Source of the DNA: Felis catus
Taxonomy: Eukaryota
DNA length: 64,000 nucleotides
Direction of reading: 5' to 3'
Assembly (NCBI RefSeq): GCF_018350175.1
Contig: NC_058368.1
Location: forward strand, 163,558,001-163,622,000
In this document: in pieces, positions 1 to 11,921 of the stretch
Numbering within the stretch: position 1 is the stretch's first letter
Layout: each line of letters starts with the position of its first letter
The notes under the pieces: model-generated
Told to the model about the DNA's origin: nothing
Seen by the model: the letters and a program-made list of their open reading frames with translations, nothing else
Databases searched by the model: none
Program-made: the position numbers and the translations under genes

Positions 1-1042
1 TTGTTACTCTTTCTTGACCTATAGAACATAATTGGTTCTTTGCAAATAATGTTGCAAAGCAACATCGAGAAAGATCTTGCTAAACTTACAGGTTTTAAGC
101 TCATTGTTGGTAAACTATATGAGGTAATGGCATAGTATTTTCTGTAAGTAGTTGTCTAAATAGGTTTAATAAAAGCATAAATAAGTAATTTTCAACTATA
201 TATGTACTTTGCTCTGTATACTAAGTATATGAACTGCTTGTTGATGCCTACTTACTTGAAGATCTTTAGTTAATTACGTATAGCTTGTGTTGGTAACTTA
301 ATATTCCCACATGATCTTCCTTTATGTATCAAAATGTATTTGATAGAAATTTATTTAATCTTCACCTAGTGGTAAAAGTTTTACTTGGGTGTGAAGACTT
401 TGACTACAAACTAAGCATCAGTTGTATTGGCTGTGTTTTATTTGCTGATAATGTGTTTCATAGGGTCTTATTAATTAAGATCTTAAGTCATTCAAGTATT
501 AGAAGTGTAAGATGATTTAGGCCTGGATGACCTACAAGAAGTTGTTCTTACCTGGTCTTCTCACAAATTAGTAAGCTTTGTTTTATTTCATAACATATGT
601 TGATGATTCTTAACTCAAGGGTATCAGAAAAAAGTCTTCATTTACAGACATACATTCAAAAATGCTGATCTATTGTGACTAGATCTGTGCGAAGAGAGAT
701 TTCTTTATATGACCTGTTAATGCAAATTGACAGAATCCCTTATCAACCTAAATTAACTTCTATAGTAGTGTTTTTAATAGTTTTAAAATGTATATGTCTA
801 ATTGTGTAGGCATATTATTTTCCTCAAAGACAACATTTTATACAGTGTTAAGTACCCTCATTTGTACATATGATAAATGGTGGTGGTGATTATATTAAAC
901 TTGACATTACAAGCGAATTGTGAGCCTGTTCAAGGCACTGCCAGATAAGTGTGGTAAGAGCCATGTTATTGCATGCTGCATGAATTCCCAATGTGAATGG
1001 AAGAACACCCGTTGTGTATGTATTTTCTCTAACTCCCATCAG

Positions 1043-1162
1043 GGTCTCACTGTGCGGGCCTGTTTAGCACCTCGGTGCTCGGGGGTTCTTCAAGCGCACC
1101 TAACCTACAGGATTATGCTCGTACTCATCGTAAAAAGCTGACTTCTTCTGGCTGCATAGATG
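1043..1162 (+). CDS. PPIP5K2: PPIP5K2 internal coding exon (120 nt, phase 1-1): [40 protein letters not shown]
   Basis: Acceptor ctaactcccatcAG at 1041-1042 and donor G|GTATGT at 1163. The translation matches the recalled C-terminal region of human PPIP5K2 (HISPPD1/VIP2). Confidence 0.95.
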
Positions 1163-2041
1163 GTATGTGCACACATGCACACACAGATTCATATCCACAC
1201 CCATGCACACACCCATGAGCATATAGTACTTCTCAAAGACAAGCCTAAGCCCACTGACTAACTCAAATGGAATCCTAGCACCCTTTGCCTAAATGACAAC
1301 CAGTGCTCTCTTATCCATAGCTTGGATTCATGTTTCATCAAAGAGTTAATTGTAGTTAGACATACAGTACTTATTCAATAAACAGTTTGTTCAAATGTGA
1401 AGTTTAGAGCTGCATTACATGTATTGGGTCTTTTAGATAGTTGATAAGCCATATTAGAAAGAATAAATCTTTCTTTGATCTTTTAAACTTTTGTTTATCA
1501 TTATCCCTTATTTTACTTACTGATATTAATAAAAATAAAATAAAGTGAATGGAATGTAGATAAGTAGAAGAAAATATACTTCTACACTTGGCAATATTTT
1601 TATAAAAACAAACATATGATGAGAATATTTTAGAATCCCTAGTTGGATAGCCTCTCACTGTTGTTAATGTACCTTAAGTTTTAATATTTGGACTATCCTT
1701 GGAGGCTTCTGGAAGCTTGTCCCTTCTATTAATAGGAGTGTTTATTACCCTTTGATTTATTTAAAACTTCTTTTCATATATCCACAAATTTACTTACGTC
1801 AGTAAAACATGGACTTAACAGAATTGCTGGCTCATCCTGCTTTTCTTTCTTTTGTGTATTTCATTAAACACTTTGCCTCTGTCCTCAAGCCATTTTACTT
1901 TTAACCAGTACCCTCTCTCATTCCCTTCTGCATGTCACCTAATTCTAACCTCCTTATATATTTGTTTTTTCCCTCTTTTTTTAAGTGTCCTTCTTTTGGT
2001 AGCTATTACGAATTTCAGGTACCTGTTTTTCTCTTTCTCAG

Positions 2042-2104
2042 ACGCCACACGCGGTTCTGCTGTTAAAAGGTTTTCTATCTCATTTGCTCGACACCCAACC
2101 AATG
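2042..2104 (+). CDS. PPIP5K2: PPIP5K2 63-nt exon (phase 1-1): DATRGSAVKRFSISFARHPTN, likely cassette exon
   Basis: Polypyrimidine tract plus cAG at 2040-2041 and donor G|GTACGT at 2105. In frame with both neighbours and matches recalled human sequence. Confidence 0.92.
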
Positions 2105-5100
2105 GTACGTTTTGCTTTTATTTTAAAAGATACTCCCCTGCTTCATCCTTTTTTATTTTTCTTTTATTTCAAACTGTGGGGTATACAGTATCATTCATTT
2201 CTCCATTCTTAATTTCAGTTGGCATGTAATTCCAACTTACTATTAATCCAAATTATTGATACTGTCTCGCTCCCTTTTTCAGCTGTAATTTACACAATCA
2301 TTTAACATCACTCATCTCAAATTTTTAAATGACCACAATGATGATGAGTTTTAATACTAAATTAGCACCTAAAAATCCCTTCTAATTTCTCAAGTGATCA
2401 GTCTACACAAATTTTAAAAATACAACAATTAGTATTGTTTTCTTTTTAAGTCTTAATTATTTTAATGTTTTTTTTTCTTCCTGAATTCTTTTCTGATCAC
2501 ATAGTTATTTTATTGAGCTACTTGATAAAAAATACTGAGCCACGCTTGTCAAACAGCCAGATGATGTCTTTGAAAAGTTCTTGGGAACTAGGAGATGCAG
2601 ATTTCACTGTGTAACATTTATCAGTGGCTCTTTGTCTTAAGCAAACTCAACCTGGTCTGGAGACCTCTGAAAATTTTATCCAGTATTTACTTTATCCTCA
2701 TGTGGCCATATGGTTTGCTGTTGTCAAGCAACCAATTCTTTTTGGTACCACTGCTTTTCATTAAAATTTGGAGAACTTCTGATAGGAAGAACACAAAGCT
2801 AAAAATCTAGAAAGCTCATTCAGTTAAATTCAATTTCTCAGGCTGAACAGTAAAGTGTTTTTGTGGCCATTGTTTATAAACTGAATTGTTGCATTATTAC
2901 AGCTTTCTTACACAGAGCTTGTTCTTCTGGGTCAAGAGGGAATATTTACTGACCACTTGTAAATAATTGACGATAGAAGAATTTAAAAGAAAACATACCC
3001 GTTTTTGCTTTTATTCGGAATGAAGGTACTTTTATCCCCTGGAATTTTTTTTTTTCCTTTTAACTGCAAATACACCTTTCAAAAATTCAAGTCAAGTCTT
3101 TCAAAAACTTAGATGAAACTGAAGGATGAAACACAAGTTTATAGCCATTCTCCCCCTTCTGGATCCTATAGAAGTGCACTAAATACTTCTGGAGGTGGAG
3201 TAAGAAGATCTCATCCTCAACAAGAAAATTTACCCTTAAAGCTTATGTGCTTTTCCTCCTTTGTAGCTCTTTAAATGCTACTTTCTGAAGAAAAAGATCC
3301 TAATTTGATACAGCTGCAGCTTCTAAAGAACTTCTTAGAAGAAAAACCAAAGTCACAAGAAAAACAAGTCACAAAATTCTAAGAAGAGACATTGCAGGTT
3401 TAAGACTGACTATAGTTTTTGTGCAGAATGCTTATGTATTTACAGCCAGTATGGAAAGTTTTACATAGGAGAAATCTGTTTACTGAAGCTTTAAAAAAAA
3501 AAAAAAAAAAAAAAGTTTAACAGAAAATAGAGTAACTTTATATTCCTTTGGCTAAAGCTTTTTTAAAAATGTGGATTTTTCCACACATGTGACTTAATGC
3601 GTTTAAAATGCATTTCTTTCAATTCTAGAAATGTTTCTTTGGGGTTTTCAAGATTTTTTTTCTTTTTTATACTGTGTTGTCTTATCTGTCCTATGAATTG
3701 TCATTTGACTCTTTCACTTTTTATTTCCCCCTAACTTTCATGTTATTTCCATCTTAATACATATCATGGACTTACCCCCTCCCTTCATCTTTAGTTCAAG
3801 GAACATGGTGAAACAAGTATCTTCTGACAGTGCTTTACCTTATTTTCTGGGCCTCTGTGCAGAACACCTACACCTCTATAGGTGCTGGTCCGTTTCCTCT
3901 GTGGAATGTCTAGGCTCCAGTGGTATGTTTTTATAGCTTCTAAACATGACAGCAGGGTGGCTTTTTAAATTGCTGCGCTAACCCTTTCATTGTGCATTAA
4001 ATACAAAGTTTACTAAAGATAAATGGGGAGAAAATGCAGTCCTGAGGAACCTGATTATATTATTATTTGCCTGTTATAAAATCTAACAGGCAAATGCAAG
4101 GAAATAGCTGTTACAGAATACTTAGCAACATTCTGATGAAAGGATAAAAAACATAACATTGCTAAGTTCAGTGTAATGCAAAGAAAGGGTTTGCGCTTAT
4201 TTGCATGAGTCTTATACTTTAAAAAAATGTATTACTTGTGCAAGCCCAATTCTTTTAGTGCTTTATTTAGGTGCTTTAGCTGCTGTTATGGTATAGTTTC
4301 TGTTTTGTTTTGTTCTTTAAGCATATGTAACCTTCCGTCATGCTTTGGTTTGCACCTGAAAATCAAACATACCAATTTTGTAAATCCTTTGGTTATTTTC
4401 ATAGAAAGATTAGATTCCCTTTTAACCAGTTTCTCTATTCCAGCCAAGAATTAGTCAGTTCTTGGGTCACTGTTTCCTCCTGAAATTAAGTAAATATCAG
4501 TCAGTGTTAAAATGAGCACATGCCTATTGAAGCAGAAAATTTTGTAGTCTGTTTGAGTTTAATTAATTTTTACTTTTTATTTAATAACGTTAGCCTTTAT
4601 ATAAAATCTTAATCTAAGTATTAAAAGTATTTCCTTTGGAGGGAAATTAGTTTGAATGTTAGAAAGAAGAGGTGCAGGAAGACTTACTACTTTAATTGTT
4701 TATGAGAGCAATTTTAAAAGCCATTCAGTTGAATAAAATTTAAATCAACAGGCAATTTTTATAAAAAGCAAATAACCTATATCTTGTTTTTTAAAAAAGT
4801 GTATATTGTAAGCAGTTTTGTTTCACTGATGGTATTAATATATATGTGCATGATTTGTTTCATGAAATTTTTCTATTTCTGTGCCATTGTTGAATGCAAA
4901 CATGTCTGTATTTTGTATTGCTTTTTACTTGGCCTAACGGTACTCAGCTAGCAATTTCCAACAATAGAATATTTGAGTTATTTCAATAAAGGTAGGTAAA
5001 ATGTGTTTTGGAATTTGATTTTCAGCATAAATGAATGAGTGTGGTTTTCAGGTCACACTAGAGAGTATTGTTGGCCTTGGTATTACTAGAAAAGTTACTT

Positions 5101-5541
5101 AAAATCACTCCTCAAGTAATTACAATCATTTTTCAACAAGAAGTTAATTTTAACATCCTAGCATCAGAGACACATCATGGCATCAACTTACTCACCTGTC
5201 AAATAGACCTGATTTTTATAAAGTACAAACTTAAACAATGTAATTTTTCTGTCCCCCCCCCCCGAGTTATTTTTTCTTTAAGTATCATTCTTAGATTTTA
5301 CTAAAGTGTAGAATGAAATTGTGTGCATGCGGTACTATGTGAATACATTTAAAATGAAATCTTTGTCACATCTTGTTCCAGTCCCATATTGCATAGCATC
5401 TGGTGTCATGACTTCAGAGATCTCATGTGATTGCATGTGATAGATTGGAAAGACCTAACCTGTACAGTTCTAAGCAATGGTCTTCTTCCTTCTTAATTAT
5501 TTTTTTAAATATCCAAATTTTTTTTCATTTCTTTTTTTCAG

Positions 5542-5682
5542 GCTTTGAATTGTATTCCATGGTGCCATCTATTTGTCCTCTAGAAACTCTTCACAATGCC
5601 CTGTCTTTAAAGCAGGTGGATGAATTTCTTGCTTCCATTGCTTCTCCATCAAGTGAAGTTCCACGGAAGACCCCTGAAATTT
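5542..5682 (+). CDS. PPIP5K2: PPIP5K2 coding exon (141 nt): [47 protein letters not shown]
   Basis: Strong acceptor tttttttcAG at 5540-5541 and weak donor TTT|GTAGGA at 5683. Carries the [11 protein letters not shown] motif shared by PPIP5K1 and PPIP5K2. Confidence 0.96.
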
Positions 5683-5699
5683 GTAGGAAAATAATTATT

Positions 5700-5705
5700 A
5701 TTGTT

Positions 5706-5741
<36 letters not shown>

Positions 5742-5742
5742 A
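5700..5742 (+). repeat. (GTT)11 microsatellite just downstream of the exon 5542-5682 donor
   Basis: Direct read. Confidence 0.95.
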
Positions 5743-8700
5743 TTAGTTTCATTATTTTGTGGCAGTGATATTATCAGACTATAAGAAGAATTATTACAAC
5801 AAACTCAAGTAGTGATAGTGAATAAAATTTTAGGAGAGAAGGGGGTGTAAAGGAACATTATTTGAAATTCTTTGGTGTTATTGATGTGGAGTGCACCACT
5901 TTTCTTTATAACTCCCAAAAAACTTTCCTCCCAAAAAAGGAAAAAAAAAAAAAATCTAAGACCCAGCAATAGAAGTCAACAATATAGACTGATGGCCTTT
6001 TTTTCATTTTCTTATTGTGTGTGATTTTACAATAAACTTTTTAAAAACTACAAAATACCATTTGTCATTAACCCACACATGCACAAATACCATTCCATGC
6101 TTCACCACCTCTGGTACATATTCACAATGTTTCAGAAGGAGCTCTTGACTAAAGAGAGCAAATTAGGACAACAGGTTTTCAAATTATGTTTTTCAGAAAA
6201 TATTCTGCAAAAGTTAATGCATGTGTGTGAAGAAAAGGGATTCATGACTCAGTAAATTTTGGAAACTGTGTATTATATCCCGCCTCCCTTTGGAGAGACA
6301 GAGTTACATTAATGTAGGAAAACTGTATACTTAGATTTTCCAAAACTTATTTTTTGCGAAGACACATTTTTGGTGACACATTTAGACACCATGTAGCACT
6401 ATTCTGAGGGACATCATTCTGGGAAACCTTTAGGGCTACCTTTTTTGGGTATGAGAAGTCAGCTGACTACTATGATCCTCAGCTCTATAGGATCCTTCAG
6501 CCTGTGGGAATTTCCAGTTTAGGAAGCATCCAGTTTGGGAGAGCATGCTCTGCTTAGTTAAGAATCTTGCTAGGGCTAGTCCTATTTTTTGTAAAGTCAC
6601 AAACATTGAGTGTATACCTTTCTTCTTTTTGTAAGGAGCATACTATAAATGTGTTTCTCTGAAGAATGAAACCAGAGGTCTTGGAATGAAAGCCACTTTC
6701 GTGTATTGCTGTTCTCTTCCCTTTTCTGGCTTTCACATTGTATTATTCTAGAGTGTTCTCGTCACATTGTATTCTGTCTAAATGGCACCCCTTGCATTTC
6801 TCCAGTATAGTGGGCTTCCCTTCTCTTCCACGTCTAGTAGTAGAGGTCAGGTTTCAATCATTGATGGCAATGGAGAGATACTTGGGTTTATGTTCTAAAA
6901 TATTTCACTTTAGGAATGGTTTTAGGAAGTAGGATTTAATTTCAAAGTTTTCCTGTGAATGTGTCTGACTCTGAGAATTGATAATACTCCAAATGAAATA
7001 ACTTCTTTAAGCTGTGTGACGTCAAAGTTAGGAAAATGAAGTATGTTTATCTTCTTTTCCCTGTTAGCTGATAGAATGGAAAATGCTTTTCCTCAGAATG
7101 CAGTGGAGAACCTGAATTAATTCTCATTTACCATTTACCCCTTTATATTTGATGTTTCACAGCTTCACTGGGGCAAGGATTTATAATCTTAAAATAAAGA
7201 TGAAAGAAAAGTTCTAATTAGTAAAAAAGAACTTGGGATAGATATCAATGTTATTTAGAATTTAGAAGATTTTCAGTGAGTGACTTACAGGTAACAGCAG
7301 TAATGACATCTGTTTTGGAAAGAGAATTGTGGTAGAACATTTACAGAAAGAAAATCTCTGAAGGTATATTCTGTGGTGCTGTTTTATTATGATGGCTTTA
7401 TTTCTGTGGTTAGTGAATTCAGTTAATCAGAGTATATTATTGAGGTGTATTAATGAAGGATATTAAATTCCTTTTCCAGTTCAGATTAGCTCTTCTCTAT
7501 ATCATGGATATAAGTTGTACCCCATATTCTCTAGTTCTCTTAAAATTTCATGCCATTACTTACTAAGGAAACTAGATAAGAACGTAAATACAGTTAATGC
7601 AATTCATAGAGTTGAATAAACCTTAAAATCAAGCTAGTTCATTGGTCTTCAGACTGTATTCCCAAGAGCTTTTGGAAATTCCATTAGGAAGATGATGCTG
7701 AATGGTTAGGCCTTATGTCGTGCATGGCTGCTTCAACTAGAGTATATGTTTTCATCTATTTTATTTAAGATTTCATTTGAGAAAAAATTATTCTTTAAAG
7801 AAAAAAAACTTAGACACCATTGAGGAAATCAAGTGGTTAGTGGTCAAGCAATACTAAAAAACCCATGTCTTCTGAGTGTATGCTTTTTTAGTTCTTCTTG
7901 AGTAGTAAAGAAAATAGGTGCCAGCTATAATAGAAGCCTCTGAATCCTCTGTTTTATACTGTAACTGCAGAATTAATATTTAGTAATCCCAGTATATTTA
8001 TATTATTTTATACTTAATTCCCTGAATTGTCAAGGAATTAGCATTATAATGTAGACTATATTGATTTTGTGCTATTTATAATGAAGCCGATATTGTTAAT
8101 CCTCTGTCATTCAGAAAGGCTTTTTCCTCACTTCAAACAAAATTAAATCAATTTTGTGGCAACTAGAAGTTAGCTTACAATGGAACACTAACAGTATCAG
8201 ATGGGGGGAAAGGTGTGGAAATACTAACTGGATAAGTTAGAGATGGAAGTTAACGAGACAGGATCAAACATGTAAGCAGGAAAGAGCTTAGTAGTGGTTT
8301 AGTGCTTTACGTGATGCTTTCGGGATTTTTGTCATCACTTGTATGTTATATCGTTAGTGACTACTTGGAGCTTCTGCCAATGGGATTTGTATTCATTCAG
8401 TGTAGATACGGGTCAGCCACATGAAACACATTTGCTGTGACTGGCTCACGTATTTGTTTTTCAGAGACATGCTGTTTATTGCTATCAGGTCCTCCAAAAA
8501 TTGCAAAAGCAGGCGAGTTGGTGTTTTGTTAACTCCTCACCTCCCTTCAGTTAAGAACCTGGAAGCTCATGCCAGAAGCTCTCCTTCCCCAGAGGACTTC
8601 ATACTTCAGAATTACTGTACTTTTCCTTTTCATGCCTCTCAACCACTCCACCTTGATTAGAAAGAGAAAAAAAATCTTTAAAATTCCTTGCATTAAGATA

Positions 8701-9233
8701 AATCTCACTAGGTAATATAGGGAGACAGTCTGATTTATTACTTATAAATATAATAGATTAATAGACCATAGTGTTTATAAAGTAACTGTCCCTGAATCTC
8801 TACTTCATATTTTTAAGAGAAAAACAATTTGGGAGTTTTTGTTTGTTTGTTTGTTTGTTTGTTTTTAACTGGGCAGTAAAATTATGCCATTAGCTCTCTG
8901 CCATCCCTTAAGAATCTGAGTTTCTATCAGGACAATAAAATTAAGTCCATTGCTCTATTCTTGGCATGCCATTAGTAAATACTGTTAAATGCTTATTATT
9001 TGCATTATAAACAGAACATCTATTGGGCTAAGAGCATGAGAGAACTTTTTATAGGAAAGATGATGTAGCCGAATTTACTTTGTAAACCTTGCATGGTCTA
9101 TTTTCTCCTGTAATGTATAGTCCTAAGTCCACTAAATATGTCATTAGAAATTTCTAAATGTAAGGACTTGGTAGGAAATTACTGAACTGCCATATCTGTT
9201 TTGTTTTGTTTTGTTTTGTTTTCTTCTTTTCAG

Positions 9234-9359
9234 CCTCTTCAGCTTCACGTTCCAGTCCAGTAATGAGAAGAAAAATATCTTTAAATACGTATACACCTGC
9301 AAAAATCCTCCCAACACCACCAGCTACCTTAAAGAATACGAAAGCAAGCAGCAAGCCAG
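9234..9359 (+). CDS. PPIP5K2: PPIP5K2 penultimate coding exon (126 nt): [42 protein letters not shown]
   Basis: Acceptor cttttcAG at 9232-9233 and donor CAG|GTTAG at 9360. Frame is continuous with flanking exons. Confidence 0.95.
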
Positions 9360-9656
9360 GTTAGCAGTGTGTGAATTTGTGGATTCTGTAGCGCAATTAA
9401 TTAGAGGAGTAGTAATAGCTTGCCTTTGGAGTTTAAAATCTGTTTTTAAAAAGGATCATTATACTTCCTAGAGTTAAAAACTGTTATTGTAGTCTGTTGA
9501 TGTATTTGTATTTTTTCCTCTGTTGTCTCCCCCGCCACTGTATCTGTTAATAAAATATATTTCATACTCATACTGTTCTCCAAACTAACTTATGAACTGT
9601 CTCCTATTGCTTTTCTTTTGAGTCTAGGCTTTATTTTAGTCATTTTATATGAAAGA

Positions 9657-9880
9657 TTTTTTTTTAATTTTTTAAAACATTTATTTATTAGTATTGAGAG
9701 ACAGAGACAGAGCATGAACATGGGAGGGACAGAGAGAGGGGGAGACACAGAATCCAAAGCAGGCTCCAGGCTCCAAGCTGTCAGCATAGAGCCTGACTCA
9801 GGGCTCAAACTCATGAACCATGAGATCATGACCTGGGCTGAAGTTGGACGCTTAACCAACTGAGCCACCCACACGCCCCC
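9657..9880 (-). mobile_element. CAN-SINE (SINEC_Fc type)
   Basis: Reverse complement of the GGGGCG..TGGGTGGCTCAGTTGGTTAAGCGTCC head, (CT)n tract and A-rich tail. Confidence 0.93.
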
Positions 9881-9976
9881 TATTTTTGTCTCTTTCTTTA
9901 CAGTGTTTTAATTCTCCATGCGCAGTCTAATGACATGAGTACCAAATTCAACTATCTTTTGTCAGCTTTTTTTCTA

Positions 9977-10090
9977 TTTTTTTTAAAGATTTTATTTTTT
10001 AACTAATCCCTGCACCCAACGTGGGACTTGAGCTCACAACCCCAATATCAAGAGTTGCATGCTCTACTGACTCAGCCAGCCAGACACCCC
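9977..10090 (-). mobile_element. Short older carnivore tRNA-derived SINE
   Basis: tRNA-Lys-like head with A and B boxes, followed by an AATAAAATCTTTAAAAA tail. Confidence 0.8.
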
Positions 10091-10419
10091 AACTTTTTTT
10101 TTTTGTTCTTATTTTTTGGCATATTTGACTGTGTGGTTGATCCTTGCTGAAATCCTCTCTTACTCTGACTTCCACGGTGTACTCTGCCTTCCTGTTATTT
10201 CCCTTTACCCGATTCTTCTAGTCTTATCTGACAGTTGTTCTTCCTACTTTGCTATGCCAGACAGGGTCATCCAACTGTTCACTTTTTCTTACCCTATACC
10301 TTTTTTTTCTTGAGAGACTTCTATATAGCTTCAAGGTTTGACTGTATCCTCACTGGAAATTTCTTCATTCTTTTCCTCATTTTAGTGCTCTCACAAATTC
10401 TTTTGGTTACTAGTTTAGG

Positions 10420-10626
10420 CTTGGGAGTCAGAGGGACCTAGATTAAAATCTCAACACTGCTACTTATTAGCTTTATGACTTTGGGTAAGTTACTAACCTC
10501 TCCGATCCTCAGTTTCATAGTCCTAAAATCGGGGTAATAGTACTCTTTTAAAGGTTGTCAGAAATGAATGCAATAACCTATGTAAAGTAATTGACATACA
10601 TAGTAAACACTCACTAAATGTTAGTT
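10420..10626 (+). mobile_element. MIR
   Basis: Core gactttgggtaagttactaacctctccgatcctcagtttc...aaaatcggggtaatagta. Confidence 0.8.
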
Positions 10627-11702
10627 GCTGTTGTTACACTGTTGCCAAACTGTTCACTTCCTCCCAAGTAAATCCTTGTGATACTCAGGTCATTTTTCTT
10701 CTAAAATGTTCTCCTTTTACTTCCTACTCCCAACCCAGCTCCCTCCACTGGTGATGTATTTATATGATTACCAAAACAAGAACTCTTACAACACTCTGTA
10801 CCACTGACTTGATCATTTATCCCTGATTATAGTTCTGACAGGTTATCCGGCCTTATACATTAAAGGCAATATCTTAAATATAAAGTTTGCACCTTCTAAA
10901 TAATCAATATATGCGGGTACAGACAACTGAAAAATTACCTTAAATATAAATTACAGTGTATTCCATATACAACTCAAAGCTAACATTTGTGTAGTTTTTT
11001 ATGCTACAAAACACTTTTTTTGTTCATACATTTCTAAACATGGCCTTCAGAGATCAATACCATTCTTATGCCATTACGGATGAAAAAATTGCAGAGGTTG
11101 TGACTAATCCCTGTTCACATAACAGTCGTAGGCCTAAGATTTGAATGCTCTTTGAATCATGGTCCATTGTTTTTCTCTATATATTAGACACATAATAAAT
11201 GTATTATTTCATATGCCTTTTTAAATAATAAAGATGAAATGGTGTTATTTTGACTTTTTCAATATAACATAAGCCAATAAAAGCCAATCTTGCATTCCTG
11301 GAATGGACCCCACTTGGTCATGATGAATAATTTATATATATGTTGCTGGATTCAGTTTGACCTTGCAGATTTTGACACCTGCATTTTTAAAAGATAATGA
11401 TTCGTCTGTAGTTATTTTTTGTTTTTGTTGTTTTTGTTTTCATGTTGGGTTTTGTTTTTGTGATGTCTTTTAAATGTTGGTATCAGGCTGATGATGCTGG
11501 CCTCAAAATGATTTGGAAGTATTTCTTCCACTTCTATTTTCTGAATGAAGTTTTTTATAAGAGAGGTATTTCTTACTTAAATTTTGATAGAATTAATTTT
11601 CTGTTACATTTTAGTGATGGCTTTGGTAACTTGGTTTTTCAAGGAATTTGTTCATTTTATCTAAGTTGTCAATTTTCTTGTTACTTCATTATCCTTTTTT
11701 AA

Positions 11703-11921
11703 TTTATTTTAAATATTTTTTAATGTTTATTTTTATTTTTGAGAGAGAGAGAGAGAGAGAGCAGGGGAGGGGCAGAGAGAGAGGGAGACACAAAATCTGA
11801 AGCACGTTCCAGGCTTCAGGCTCTGGAACACAGAGCCCAAGGTGGGACTCGAACTTACGAACCATGAGATCATGACCTGAGCCGGTCAGGCACTTCACTG
11901 ACTGAGCCACCTAGGCACCCC
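11703..11921 (-). mobile_element. CAN-SINE
   Basis: Typical head, (GA)n tract and T-rich tail on the + strand. Confidence 0.92.

Noticed and set aside
9977..10090. tRNA-like heads with A and B boxes
   Set aside because: They belong to tRNA-derived SINEs with A tails; no intact cloverleaf.
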